A stretch of 59,409 bases of DNA, taken from Candidatus Velthaea sp. Its GTDB lineage: Bacteria; Vulcanimicrobiota; Vulcanimicrobiia; Vulcanimicrobiales; Vulcanimicrobiaceae. Of this stretch, positions 19,915 through 31,582 are shown in pieces. Each line of letters opens with the position of its first letter. The first letter of the stretch is position 1. Below the pieces are notes generated by a model. It was given only the letters and a program-made list of their open reading frames with translations. It did no database searches and had not been told where the DNA came from. Where the stretch lies: positions 1 to 59,409 of the forward strand of contig JBEKHC010000019.1 of assembly GCA_050012475.1 (NCBI GenBank), read 5' to 3'. The position numbers were made by a program, and so were the translations under genes.

Positions 19915-20544
19915 ATGTTCGCGCGCATCAGCGGCACGCTGCTCGACCGTGGACCCGAATCGGCGCTCGTCGAAACCGGCGGCCTGGGCTATGAAATCGT
20001 CATGCCGCCCAGCGTCGCCAACAAGCTTCCCGCGACACCGGGCTCGCCGGTCGTGCTCGAAGTGTACGCTCAGCTGCAGATCGACGGCAACAGCGGCCGC
20101 TTCACCTACTTCGGCTTCTCCAACGCGATCGAACGGGAATTTTTCGAGGCGCTCATCTCGGTGGCGAGCATCGGCCCCAAATCGGCAGCGCGCGCGTTCT
20201 CGGCGCCGATGGCTCGCATCGCGCGCGCCATCGAAGACGGCGATCACGCCTATCTGCGCACGCTGCCGGGCATCGGTCAGCAGAAAGCGCGCGACATCGT
20301 CGCGAAGCTGCAAGGAAAAGTGACGCGCTTTCTCCTGATTCAGGATGCACCGCCGGCGCGCGGAACGGCGATCCCGGATTTCGCCACCGAAGCACTGGCC
20401 GTGCTCATCCAGCTCGCTTACAAACGCACCGAAGCCGAAGACATGATTGCCAGCACGCTCAAAGCCGCGCCGCACGTTGCCGACGCCGAAACGCTGCTCG
20501 CGGAGATCTATCGCCGGCGGTCTCCCGCCGCCCCGGCGCCATGA
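19915..20544 (+). CDS. ruvA: Holliday junction branch migration protein RuvA
   Basis: MFARISGTL, GLGYEI, HhH motifs SIGPKSA and PGIGQQKA; lies between ruvC and ruvB. Confidence 0.93.
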   Translation: MFARISGTLLDRGPESALVETGGLGYEIVMPPSVANKLPATPGSPVVLEVYAQLQIDGNSGRFTYFGFSNAIEREFFEALISVASIGPKSAARAFSAPMARIARAIEDGDHAYLRTLPGIGQQKARDIVAKLQGKVTRFLLIQDAPPARGTAIPDFATEALAVLIQLAYKRTEAEDMIASTLKAAPHVADAETLLAEIYRRRSPAAPAP

Positions 20545-21617
20545 GCGTCCGCAAAAAAATCGTCGGGCCGCCGGCGACGGACGACGGCGAATCCGGTGCG
20601 CGGATGGTTTCGCCCGCGGCGGTTCCCGGCGAGGACGACGTCGATGCTGCGACGCTGCGGCCACGCACGTTCGACGATTACGTCGGGCAGGCGCAAGTCG
20701 TCGAGAATCTCAAAATCGCGATCGCTGCGGCCAAACGCCGCAGCGAGCCGCTCGAGCACGTGCTGTTCTCGGGGCCGCCGGGGCTGGGAAAGACCACGCT
20801 TGCCGGTTTGATCGCGCGCGAATTGGGCGGCGCGTTGCGGCCGACGTCGGGACCGACGCTCGAAAAACCCAAGGATCTCGTCGGTATTCTCACCGCGCTG
20901 GAAACCGGCGACATCCTGTTCATCGACGAGATCCATCGCTTGGGCAGCGTGGTCGAAGAGTATCTCTATCCGGCGATGGAAGACTTTCAAATCGACTTTC
21001 TGGTCGACAGCGGCGCGTACGCCAAGACCCTCAAGCTTCCGCTCAAGCGCTTCACGCTCGTGGGCGCGACGACGCGGGCAGGGATGCTCTCGGCGCCGCT
21101 GCGCGATCGCTTCGGCATCATGCATCACCTCGATTACTACGCCGAAGCGGAACTCGAGCGGATCGTGCTGCGCAGCGCGCAGGTCCTGGCCATCGCCATC
21201 GAGGCCGACGGCGCGGCGACGATCGCCAAACGCAGCCGCGGCACGCCGCGCATCGCGAATCGGCTGCTGCGGCGGGTCCGTGATTTTGCCGAAGTGCGCG
21301 CGGCAGGCGTGATTACCGGCGCGGTTGCCGACGTGGCCTTGGGGCGCGAAGGCGTCGATGCGCTGGGTCTCGACCGGCTCGACCGCGCCTATCTCACGAC
21401 GATCGCCGTGCAATACGCCGGCGGTCCGGTCGGGATCAACGCGGTCGCCGCGACCTTGGCCGAAGACGTCGAAACGCTCGAAGACGTGGTCGAGCCGTAT
21501 TTGCTCAAAGCCGGGTTCGTTCAGCGCACGGCGAGCGGACGCAAAGTCACCGCCGCTGCGCTTGCCCATCTCGAGCTGAGCGGCGCCGCCGCCGCCCGTC
21601 AGGAGCGGCTGTTCTAA
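20541..21617 (+). CDS. ruvB: Holliday junction branch migration helicase RuvB
   Basis: LRPRTFDDYVGQ, GPPGLGKTT, FIDEIHRL, SRGTPRIANRLL. Confidence 0.98.
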   Translation: MSVRKKIVGPPATDDGESGARMVSPAAVPGEDDVDAATLRPRTFDDYVGQAQVVENLKIAIAAAKRRSEPLEHVLFSGPPGLGKTTLAGLIARELGGALRPTSGPTLEKPKDLVGILTALETGDILFIDEIHRLGSVVEEYLYPAMEDFQIDFLVDSGAYAKTLKLPLKRFTLVGATTRAGMLSAPLRDRFGIMHHLDYYAEAELERIVLRSAQVLAIAIEADGAATIAKRSRGTPRIANRLLRRVRDFAEVRAAGVITGAVADVALGREGVDALGLDRLDRAYLTTIAVQYAGGPVGINAVAATLAEDVETLEDVVEPYLLKAGFVQRTASGRKVTAAALAHLELSGAAAARQERLF

Positions 21618-21618
21618 C

Positions 21619-22680
21619 GTGGGCATCCCGATAAAGCGCGACGGCTTTATCAAAGGATCGGCCGCGAGTCTGTTCGCAGGCGCTCTCGACATTGCTGCGG
21701 TGCGCACGGCGCGAGCGACCGGCGGACTCGACGTTTGGCCGGATCCGGGGACCGTCGGGCCCGCGCAGATGCGAATCCTCATCTGCGCCGACCGCGGCGC
21801 CGAAGTCCCGCAGCTTGCCGACGGCGGCATTTTCACCTTTGCCAGCAAACGCTGGCGCGGCACGCCGTCGATCGTCGCCCTGCCCGGCGGAAAATCCGGG
21901 GTGGTCGCCGCGGTCGATGTCGACGATTACCTTTACGGCGTGTTGCCGATCGAAGCGTCACCCGGCTGGCCGCCCGAAGCACTCGCCGCGCAAGCCATCG
22001 TCGCGCGCACCTTCGCCCTGAGCCGGCGCAATCTCGCCCGGCCGTACGATCTGGTCGTCTCGCAGAACGATCAGCGTTTCGGCGGCATCGAGGCCGAGTT
22101 TCCCGCAACGAATGCCGCCGTCGACGCGACGCGCAATACCGTCGTGACGTTCGCGGGTGAGAACGCCAGCGTGTTTTACTCCTCGTGCTGCGGCGGTCAC
22201 ACCGCGGACGCGGCTACGATTTGGGGGCATAGCGCGCTGCCGTATTTGCGCGGTGTTGCCGATCCGTATTGCGTCGCCGCTCCCGACTACCGCTGGCAGC
22301 GCAGCGTCGCGCTCGAGCGCGTCCAGGCAGCGCTCGCAGCGCGCGTGCCGGGCGAGATCACCGGCTTTACGCTGGGTCCGGCCGACTCCGGCGGACGGCC
22401 GTTGTCGATCGACGTGTTGACCCGCGATGGACCAACGACGCTGTCGGCCAGCGATTTTCGCGCCGCAATCGGCGCCGAGATCGTGCGCTCGCCGTGGATC
22501 CAAGCACTGCAGCTCGCGCCGCCGCAGGTCAACATCCAAGGCGCCGGACGCGGTCACGGCGTCGGATTCTGCCAATGGGGGGCGCGTGCGCTGGGCGCGG
22601 CCGGCAGCACGGCCGCAACGATTCTGGCCTTCTATTTTCCGGGCACGCGGATCGCCGCGGTCGACGCCGGCGAACGTTGA
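21619..22680 (+). CDS. SpoIID/LytB-domain protein
   Basis: YLYGVLPIE, EALAAQAIVARTF, YSSCCGGHT, GHGVGFCQWGA, ILAFYFPG. Confidence 0.9.
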   Translation: MGIPIKRDGFIKGSAASLFAGALDIAAVRTARATGGLDVWPDPGTVGPAQMRILICADRGAEVPQLADGGIFTFASKRWRGTPSIVALPGGKSGVVAAVDVDDYLYGVLPIEASPGWPPEALAAQAIVARTFALSRRNLARPYDLVVSQNDQRFGGIEAEFPATNAAVDATRNTVVTFAGENASVFYSSCCGGHTADAATIWGHSALPYLRGVADPYCVAAPDYRWQRSVALERVQAALAARVPGEITGFTLGPADSGGRPLSIDVLTRDGPTTLSASDFRAAIGAEIVRSPWIQALQLAPPQVNIQGAGRGHGVGFCQWGARALGAAGSTAATILAFYFPGTRIAAVDAGER

Positions 22681-22690
22681 CGAACGGCTC

Positions 22691-23764
22691 GTGGCGGCAT
22701 ACCGCTACGAGTTGCCCGACGAGCTCATCGCGCGCGTCCCCGCCGAGCGCCGCGATGCTGCGCGCCTGTTGGTCGCAATGCCGCAAACTGGCTTTGCCGA
22801 CCGCACGTTCACCGACTTCCCGTCATTGCTTGGCCGGGGGGACGTGCTCGTCATCAATGAAACCCGCGTGATACCGGCCCGCTTGCGCGGCACGCGCGCC
22901 GGCGGCGGCCGCAGTGAGGTCTTGCTGCTGCGACCGCGCGACCGCCCGGAATTCGACTATGCCGCACGCGAATGGCACGCGCTGGTCCGGCCGGGGAAGC
23001 GTTCACCCGCGGGAGCGCGGATCGATTTCGGCGCGGAAAGCGCCGAAGTGGCCGAGGTCCTCGGCGACGGGACGCGGGTGCTGCGCTTTGCTCCCGGCAC
23101 GGATCTGCGCGCACTGCTCGAAACGCACGGCGAGATGCCGCTGCCGCCGTACGTGGGTCCCGGCGACGCGGCTCGCGCCGCGCGCTACCAGACCATCTTC
23201 GCCCGCGTCCCGGGCAGCGTCGCCGCGCCGACGGCATCGTTGCACTTTACCCCGGAGGTGCTCGCTGCGCTGGGCGAACGCGGCGTGGTCGTCGCCCCGC
23301 TCGTGCTCGACGTCGGCATCGGCACCTTTCGCCCGATGAGCGGTGAGCGAATCGACACGCACCTCATGCACGCCGAGCGGTACACGATTCCGCCGGCGAC
23401 CGCCGGCGCCGTCGAAGCGGCGCGCGCCCAGGGCCGGCGCGTCGTCGCGGCCGGAACGACCGTCGTCCGCGCGCTCGAAAGCGCTGCGCTCGCGGACGGC
23501 GCCGTCACGAGCGGCAGCAAAGCGACCGATCTATTCATCACTCCCGGCTTTGCGTTCCGGGTCGTCGACGCGCTTTTGACAAATTTTCATTTACCGCAGT
23601 CGACGCTGTTGGTTTTGGTAGCCGCATTCATGGGGCGCGAACGGGCTTTGGCCGCGTACCGGCACGCGATCCTAAAACGTTACCGTTTCTTTTCGTTTGG
23701 CGACGCGATGTTCGTGGTCCGCAGCCGGGATACGGGGCCCACAGAGCCAACGTGCAAGGCGTGA
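22691..23764 (+). CDS. queA: S-adenosylmethionine:tRNA ribosyltransferase-isomerase
   Basis: YELPDELIA, NETRVIPARL, PLPPY, SVAAPTASLHF, TNFHLPQSTL, YRFFSFGDAM. Confidence 0.97.
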   Translation: MAAYRYELPDELIARVPAERRDAARLLVAMPQTGFADRTFTDFPSLLGRGDVLVINETRVIPARLRGTRAGGGRSEVLLLRPRDRPEFDYAAREWHALVRPGKRSPAGARIDFGAESAEVAEVLGDGTRVLRFAPGTDLRALLETHGEMPLPPYVGPGDAARAARYQTIFARVPGSVAAPTASLHFTPEVLAALGERGVVVAPLVLDVGIGTFRPMSGERIDTHLMHAERYTIPPATAGAVEAARAQGRRVVAAGTTVVRALESAALADGAVTSGSKATDLFITPGFAFRVVDALLTNFHLPQSTLLVLVAAFMGRERALAAYRHAILKRYRFFSFGDAMFVVRSRDTGPTEPTCKA

Positions 23765-24117
23765 ACAAGACCGACGACGTCCTGAATCTCGACCGCTTGG
23801 AAGAAGCCTTTGACGACGACCGCGCGGCGATCGCGAACTTGCTCGGACTAGCGCGCGAAACGGAATCACGTTACATTCGTGCGCTGCGCGACGGGATGGC
23901 ACAAGCGGATATTCTTGCCGTCGCGCGCGCCGCGCATTCGATCAAAGGCAGCGCGCTGAATATCGGCGCAACCCGCGTGAGCCGTGTCGCCGCCGATATC
24001 GAAGATCGCGCGCGGGGCGACCGTTGGGACGGCATCGCCGGGCTAGCCGACGAGCTCGACCAGTCCTACGCTGAACTCACCGTGCGGATCGCGGACTACG
24101 CGCGGAAAGCCGGATAA
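23761..24117 (+). CDS. Stand-alone Hpt (histidine phosphotransfer) protein
   Basis: AAHSIKGSALNIGA Hpt motif; GTGA overlap with the queA stop. Confidence 0.88.
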   Translation: MNKTDDVLNLDRLEEAFDDDRAAIANLLGLARETESRYIRALRDGMAQADILAVARAAHSIKGSALNIGATRVSRVAADIEDRARGDRWDGIAGLADELDQSYAELTVRIADYARKAG

Positions 24118-24158
24118 ATTTCGGGTTGTCCAGCGGAGCGACCGCTTAGACTCCGCCG

Positions 24159-24285
24159 GAGGCGGGAAACTAGGCTTTCGGGGAGGTGATAAGCATCGCG
24201 GTGCTTGGGCCTCGCCCGGGGGACCCGACCAACCCAAAGGCCGTCACCGCGCGTATCGACCGCGGCGTGCGAGCGGTGGCGGCGC
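24159..24285 (+). ncRNA. Candidate structured small RNA (family unassigned)
   Basis: TTGTCC-15nt-TAGACT promoter-like motif at 24126-24152; hairpin CGGGGAGGT..AAGCATC-GC-GGTGCTT..GCCTCGCCCG; 3' hairpin GCCGTCACCGC/GCGGTGGCGGC; lies between convergent genes. Confidence 0.35.
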
Positions 24286-24297
24286 GGAAAACAAACC

Positions 24298-26031
24298 CTA
24301 CGACTCTTGCACCGGCCGGCCGACGCGCGTGCGAGCCCCGGTATACCAGACTAAGCCCGGCGCACCGTCGCGCTGCTTGCGTACGAATTTGCGCTCGGTG
24401 TAATCGACGTCGACGCGCGGCGCGCCCCGCCCCTTGCTGTGCGTGGCCGCAAGATCGGCGGCAAAATCCAAGTCGGCGTCGGCCGCGGGGTCTCCCGGCG
24501 CCGGCTGCAGGACGACGTGCGAACCCGGGACGTTGCGCGCGTGAAACCAGAGATCGTCGGGCCGCGCGATGCGAAAGGTGACCTCGACGTTCTCGCGCGG
24601 CGATCGTCCGACGTAGATTCGGGCTCCCGATGGCCGCTCGACGCGCAGGATCGGTCGCGGCTTCACCCGGACCGCGGCCGCCGCCGGGCGTTTTCCATCG
24701 AGCTCATCGAGCGCTGCGGCGATGTCGTCGAGCGTCGCCGCGTCGGCCCGTTCCGTCTCGAAGGCCAGCTCATCGAGCGACGCCGCGCGGGCGGCCAACA
24801 CCGCCGCGCGCCGTTCGAGATGCGGCAGCGCGTCGGCGGCTTTGCGGTAGCGCGCGAAATAGGCTAGGGCATTGGCCTTGGCGTCGAGGTCGGGATCGAG
24901 GGTGAGCGTCAAATCCGGACGAGTCGGCGGAACGAACGTCGCCGCTCGGGACGGCACTTCGGCGGCGTGAGTAAAGAGCGCGTCGCCAGCGGCGCGCAAA
25001 ATATCCCGGCCGGCAGCGTCGGCACGGCGGCGATCCACCGCGGCACATTCCTGGGCGATCGCCGTCTGCCGCTTTGCGATCCGCTGCGCGAGCGCGTTAC
25101 GGCGACGTTCGACCCGGCTCGAACTGCGGTCGGCGCGGCTTGCTTCCCGCGCTTGGGCCAGCAGCGGCAGCACGTCCGCGACCTGCTCGTGACGAAGCGC
25201 GGCATACTGCGCGAGCGGCAGGACGTGGGCTTGCACCAAGCGCGAACCGTCATAATACGCGTGCACGCCGCCCAATCCGTCGGGTTGGCCGTCGGTCGAG
25301 CCGACGATCGCGGCGGCCCGCTCCGCGAGCCAATCCGCTAATTGAAGCGTCGACGGCCAGGGGACCGCTTCGGCTTCGGTCACAAGCGACTCGGCGAGCA
25401 AGCGCGGCAGAGCCGGGACGAACGCGCCCAGCGCCCGAATGCGCCCGGCCCGGTCGGCCGGCAGCGCCGCCCGCCAGCCGGCCTGGTCGAGCGTCGCGCT
25501 GGGCAGCGGCGGCGGCTCATAGGCGCCGCCGGCCTGAATGCTGCGCGCTTCGTTTTCGGCCGGCGAGAATTGCTTGGCCGCGGCCACGATCGTACGCCCG
25601 CGCACGACCAGAACGTTCCCGAAGCGCGGGATCAGCTCGAGCACCAAGCGGACTTCGTTGGCGACGTCAAAGCGCGAGCGCGTCCCGAGCGTCACGACCA
25701 GGACGCGGTCGCCGCGCCGGGCACGCACGGTCGCCACGCGCATACCGCGCAGCGCCGCCGAGATGGCGCGCGTCCAGCCCGGATCGGCCGCCAACGAGAT
25801 TTCCTGGTCGCTCAGCGTCGCCAGAGGCGGCGAACCGAAGACGTCCACCGCCAGCGTGGCTGCGGGACGGCCGCGCAGGCCGCCGAGGCGCAGTGCGAAC
25901 CGGCCGTCTTCGAGCAGGCCGGCGTCAACGACCCGGCCGCCGCGCAGGGCGCGCTCGAGTTCGACCGCGACCCGCCGCATCAAGATCCAATCCGTCGTCA
26001 CGCTGAGGCGACTTCGGCGCGGCTGCTCCAT
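24298..26031 (-). CDS. rqcH: NFACT-family protein (RqcH/FbpA, ribosome quality control)
   Basis: LELIPRFGN, NALAYFARYRKA, VGRS...N, DLWFHARNVPGSHVV, VDYTERKFVRK. Start may be GTG 26001. Confidence 0.9.
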   Translation of the reverse strand: MEQPRRSRLSVTTDWILMRRVAVELERALRGGRVVDAGLLEDGRFALRLGGLRGRPAATLAVDVFGSPPLATLSDQEISLAADPGWTRAISAALRGMRVATVRARRGDRVLVVTLGTRSRFDVANEVRLVLELIPRFGNVLVVRGRTIVAAAKQFSPAENEARSIQAGGAYEPPPLPSATLDQAGWRAALPADRAGRIRALGAFVPALPRLLAESLVTEAEAVPWPSTLQLADWLAERAAAIVGSTDGQPDGLGGVHAYYDGSRLVQAHVLPLAQYAALRHEQVADVLPLLAQAREASRADRSSSRVERRRNALAQRIAKRQTAIAQECAAVDRRRADAAGRDILRAAGDALFTHAAEVPSRAATFVPPTRPDLTLTLDPDLDAKANALAYFARYRKAADALPHLERRAAVLAARAASLDELAFETERADAATLDDIAAALDELDGKRPAAAAVRVKPRPILRVERPSGARIYVGRSPRENVEVTFRIARPDDLWFHARNVPGSHVVLQPAPGDPAADADLDFAADLAATHSKGRGAPRVDVDYTERKFVRKQRDGAPGLVWYTGARTRVGRPVQES

Positions 26032-26096
26032 TCGGCCCCTTGCAGCGGGAGGGAGAGCGGCGACCGAAAGCGCAAGTGTGGGGTTTGCCCCTGGAC

Positions 26097-26753
26097 GTGC
26101 GGGGTCCGCGGGTTCACGTTACGAGGAGGCAGGTAATCTCCGGGCCCGGTCTTTTGTTCGTCGTTTCGGGTCCTTCAGGAGCCGGTAAGGACACCCTTGT
26201 CGAGGCCCTCAAGGCTCGTCACCAGCGACTTTTGTATTCGATTTCGTCGACGACGCGCGTGCCGCGGCCGGGCGAAGTCGATGCCGTCGACTATTTCTTC
26301 CTCGAACGCGAGGAGTTCATCCGGCGCCGGGGCGACGACGGCTTCCTTGAATGGCGCGAGTACAACGGACATCTGTACGGCACGCCGCGCTCGTTCATCG
26401 ACGAATCGCTGCGGGCCGGCTTCGACGTCATCATGAAACCCGAAGTCAACGGCGCGCTGGCGATCAAGGAGCGCTATCCCAGCGCCGTCCTGATCTTTCT
26501 GGTTCCGGATAAATTCTCCAACCTGCGGCGCCGGCTCGAAGCCCGGCGCACCGAGACCAACGAGCAGATCGCTGCCCGGCTGGAGATCGCGCACGTGGAA
26601 CTGACCTTCGTGCGCAGCTTCGACTACCTGGTCATCAACGAACAAGCCCATCCCGACATCGCCGTCGACGACCTCGAAGCGATCGTTCGCGCCGAGCGTT
26701 TTCGGATCCACCGCTTGCCTGACAATCGAATCAGAGAATTGGAAAACACATAA
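26097..26753 (+). CDS. gmk: Guanylate kinase
   Basis: SGPSGAGKDT, SSTTRVPRPGE, YFF, YGT motifs; start ambiguous (see findings). Confidence 0.95.
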   Translation: MRGPRVHVTRRQVISGPGLLFVVSGPSGAGKDTLVEALKARHQRLLYSISSTTRVPRPGEVDAVDYFFLEREEFIRRRGDDGFLEWREYNGHLYGTPRSFIDESLRAGFDVIMKPEVNGALAIKERYPSAVLIFLVPDKFSNLRRRLEARRTETNEQIAARLEIAHVELTFVRSFDYLVINEQAHPDIAVDDLEAIVRAERFRIHRLPDNRIRELENT

Positions 26754-26756
26754 CCC

Positions 26757-26975
26757 ATGAGCGACTCAGTTTTCGGCGACCTCGACGGCCTTTTGGAGCA
26801 TGTCGACTCCAAATTCACCCTGGTCAACGTGGTAACCAAACGAGCCAAGCAGCTGAACAACGGTGCGCCACCCCTCTCGGATCGGGTGAACCCGAACAAA
26901 CCTGTCTCCACGGCGTTCAACGAAGTGCGGTTGGGCAAGATCCCGTACAAGAGGACCCGCGAGGGTATCAAATAA
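26757..26975 (+). CDS. rpoZ: RNA polymerase omega subunit
   Basis: SKFTLVNVVTKRAKQL, KPVSTAFNE; typical gmk-rpoZ synteny. Confidence 0.93.
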   Translation: MSDSVFGDLDGLLEHVDSKFTLVNVVTKRAKQLNNGAPPLSDRVNPNKPVSTAFNEVRLGKIPYKRTREGIK

Positions 26976-26985
26976 GGCCACGGGT

Positions 26986-28821
<1,836 letters not shown>

Positions 28822-28824
<3 letters not shown>

Positions 28825-28890
28825 CAGCAGGATTCGCGGCGCTGAACGCGCCGCGAATCCATGGCGTTCGGCGCTGCGCGCCGAGCCGCG
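28822..28890. repeat. REP-like palindromic repeat, family 1, copy A
   Basis: Perfect 13-bp inverted repeat GGATTCGCGGCGC-TGAAC-GCGCCGCGAATCC plus a 30-nt hairpin module; 48/51 identical to 35833-35883. Confidence 0.85.
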
Positions 28891-28971
28891 GGGCGTTTGG
28901 TGCGGTGGGCTGGGCGCGTCGTTTGGATGTGTTGCAAGGGCGCGGCGGCCTTTCGCGCCAAAGCGTTTGAG

Positions 28972-29709
28972 ATGACCGCTACGACGTACGTGCGCCCCGA
29001 CGGCCGCAGCCCCAGCGAGTTGCGGCCGGTCCGCATCGAGACGGAGTATCTCAAATATGCCGAGGGCAGCGCGCTCGTCAGCGTCGGCGATACGCGGGTG
29101 TTGTGTTCGGCGTCGGTCGACGAGAAAGTGCCGCCGTGGATGCGCGGACGCGGCACGGGATGGATCACGGCGGAATACGCTATGCTGCCGCGTGCGACGA
29201 GCGAGCGCACCCAGCGTGAGTCGGTGAAGGGCAAGCTCGGCGGGCGCACGCACGAAATCCAGCGGATCATCGGCCGTGCGCTGCGTGCGGTCGTCGACCT
29301 CTCGAAACTGGGAGAGCGCACGCTGTGGATCGATTGCGACGTCTTGCAAGCCGACGGCGGAACGCGAACGACGGCGATCACCGGCGCCTACATCGCGCTG
29401 GCGCTCGCGCTGCGCAAGTCGTTCGATCCCAAAGACCCCAAGAAGTGGCCGCTGCGCGGGCTGATCGCGGCGACGTCGGTGGGCATCGTCGACGGCACGA
29501 TGGTGCTCGACCTGCCGTATCAAGAAGACAGCCGGGCCGAAGTCGACATGAACGTTGCGATGACCGACGGCGGCGGTTTTGTCGAGTTGCAGGGCACGGC
29601 CGAGGGCGTTCCGTTCACGCGCGGGCAACTCGATGGCTTGCTGGACCTGGCCGCCCGCGGCATCCGCGAACTTTTCGATCATCAACGTGCCGCTCTCGAC
29701 CGTATCTGA
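28972..29709 (+). CDS. rph: Ribonuclease PH
   Basis: [57 protein letters not shown]. Confidence 0.97.
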   Translation: MTATTYVRPDGRSPSELRPVRIETEYLKYAEGSALVSVGDTRVLCSASVDEKVPPWMRGRGTGWITAEYAMLPRATSERTQRESVKGKLGGRTHEIQRIIGRALRAVVDLSKLGERTLWIDCDVLQADGGTRTTAITGAYIALALALRKSFDPKDPKKWPLRGLIAATSVGIVDGTMVLDLPYQEDSRAEVDMNVAMTDGGGFVELQGTAEGVPFTRGQLDGLLDLAARGIRELFDHQRAALDRI

Positions 29710-30037
29710 CCCCCAACGGCTGCGCGAGCTGGTCGCAACCGTCGGCGCATTCTACGTTCGCGACCGCGCCCTCGAGCGGGCGCAAAAAGAGATCGAGCGC
29801 GCCCTCGCCGTGGGCGAACCCGATGCCGCCAACGTGCGCGCCTATCTGTCCGCCGTCGAACGCTACTTTGCGGCGTTCCATCGGGAGGCGCAGGCGCAAC
29901 TCAAATATGTCGACCGCGAACTCGAACGCTTGTATCAGCGCCAGTTTAATTTAACCGCGGAACGCGGCGTCGCCGCGCGGCGCGTCGAGGCGACGCAAGG
30001 CGTCCTTTCCTCGCTCGCGGAACTCGGCGGCTCATGA
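29687..30037 (+). CDS. Coiled-coil hypothetical protein
   Basis: Helical ORF overlapping the rph end and the mlaE start (ATGA). Confidence 0.65.
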   Translation: MPLSTVSDPQRLRELVATVGAFYVRDRALERAQKEIERALAVGEPDAANVRAYLSAVERYFAAFHREAQAQLKYVDRELERLYQRQFNLTAERGVAARRVEATQGVLSSLAELGGS

Positions 30038-30813
30038 GCGTGCTCGAAAACGTCGGCCGCGATACGAGCGACTTTCTCGAATATGCGGGCGGCGTCGCGA
30101 ATCTCGTTGCTGAATCCGCTACGTTTATCGGTAGGCTGCGCATCCGGGTCAACGAGACGTTTTCGCAGGCCTACCTGCTGGGCGTCAACTCGTGGGCGAT
30201 CGTCCTGCTCACCTCGCTTTTCACCGGGATGGTCTTCTCGCTGGAGTCGGCGGTGCAAGCCGTGCAGTACGGCATCGGCAACCTCGTTGGCGGCGTCGTG
30301 GCGTTTACCACGGCACGCGAACTGGGGCCGATGCTCACCGCCGTCGTCGTCGCCGGCCGAGCCGGCGCGGCCATCGCCGCGGAGTTCGGCTCGATGGTCG
30401 TGACCGAACAGATCGAAGCGCTGCAATCCTTGGGTCTTTCGCCGATCCGCATGCTCGTGGTTCCGCGGCTGGTTGCGCTGGTCGTGATGCTGCCGTTGCT
30501 GACGGTGTTCGCCGACATCATCTCGGTTCTGGGCGGCATGTTCGTCGCTCAAATCTACGCCCACATCAGCTACGATTCGTTCATGACGTCGGTGCGCAGC
30601 ACGCTGCCGTTCGCCGACTTGCTGCGCGGGCTCTTCAAAGCGCTGGTCTTCGCGGTGATCATCGTGGCGATCGGCTCGTATCAGGGGCTCAACACCCGCG
30701 GCGGAGCGGCCGGAGTCGGCAAGGCGACGACGGGCGCCGTCGTAACCTCGATCATTTTGATCTTCATCTTTAACTTCGCGCTGTCGTACATCTTATTTCG
30801 GCAGAATGGCTGA
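30034..30813 (+). CDS. mlaE: MlaE-family ABC permease
   Basis: RELGPMLTAVVVAGRAGAAIAAEFGSMVVTEQIEAL, GVGKATT. Confidence 0.95.
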   Translation: MSVLENVGRDTSDFLEYAGGVANLVAESATFIGRLRIRVNETFSQAYLLGVNSWAIVLLTSLFTGMVFSLESAVQAVQYGIGNLVGGVVAFTTARELGPMLTAVVVAGRAGAAIAAEFGSMVVTEQIEALQSLGLSPIRMLVVPRLVALVVMLPLLTVFADIISVLGGMFVAQIYAHISYDSFMTSVRSTLPFADLLRGLFKALVFAVIIVAIGSYQGLNTRGGAAGVGKATTGAVVTSIILIFIFNFALSYILFRQNG

Positions 30814-31561
30814 GGTTTGGGGCCGCCTCGACAACGTTCGCGTTCGCTACGGGCGCAAGGTCGTGATGCAAAACTTGTCGCTCGACATCGTCGACGGCGC
30901 GATCACGTGCATCATCGGCCTGTCGGGTGCGGGCAAGTCGACGATCTTGCGGCTGCTCAACGGCCTCAAGCGGCCCGATTCCGGGCGGGTATACGTGCGC
31001 GGCCAGGATATCTCGAAGTTGAGCGAACGCGAGCTCATTCCGATCCGCCAATCGATCGGCTTTTCGTTTCAATTCGCCGCCTTGTTCGACTCGCTGACGA
31101 TCGGCGACAACGTCGCGCTTCCGTTGCGCGAGCACACCAAGCTGAGTGCCGCCGAGATCGACGCCCGGGTCTCGGAATCCCTCGAAACGGTCGGCCTGGC
31201 CAATGTCGAGAGCCGCTTTCCCAGCGAGCTGTCGGGCGGCATGGTCAAACGTGCGGGATTCGCGCGGGCGGTCATCACCAATCCGCAGTGCGTGCTATAC
31301 GACGAACCGACGACCGGCTTGGACCCGATCATCACCCACATCCTGACCAATACGATCAAAAAGCTGCGCGACCGGTTGAATGGAACCGCGGTCGTCGTGT
31401 CGCACGATTTGGCTTCGATTTACCTGATGGCCGATTACGTCGCGATGCTCTTCGAGGGAGCGATCATTGCTTACGGAACCGTCGACGAAGTCCGGCAATC
31501 GCCCAACCCGATCGTCCAGCAGTTCTTGCAGGGGAGCGAAGTTGGCCCGATCCCGATTTAA
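30806..31561 (+). CDS. mlaF: MlaF-family ABC ATPase
   Basis: GLSGAGKS, FQFAALFDSL, LSGGMVKR, YDEPTTGLDP. Confidence 0.95.
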   Translation: MAEVWGRLDNVRVRYGRKVVMQNLSLDIVDGAITCIIGLSGAGKSTILRLLNGLKRPDSGRVYVRGQDISKLSERELIPIRQSIGFSFQFAALFDSLTIGDNVALPLREHTKLSAAEIDARVSESLETVGLANVESRFPSELSGGMVKRAGFARAVITNPQCVLYDEPTTGLDPIITHILTNTIKKLRDRLNGTAVVVSHDLASIYLMADYVAMLFEGAIIAYGTVDEVRQSPNPIVQQFLQGSEVGPIPI

Positions 31562-31582
31562 CGGCGGGAGCGCGATGCATTT

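Noticed and set aside
24159..24245. SRP RNA or tRNA
   Set aside because: Lacks the SRP CAGG-CC-GNRA-GG-AGCAG core and tRNA T-loop/D-loop motifs; kept only as an unassigned candidate.
28825..28971. Tn7 insertion at the glmS attachment site
   Set aside because: rph follows within ~150 nt; no tns genes, TGT terminus or target duplication are visible.
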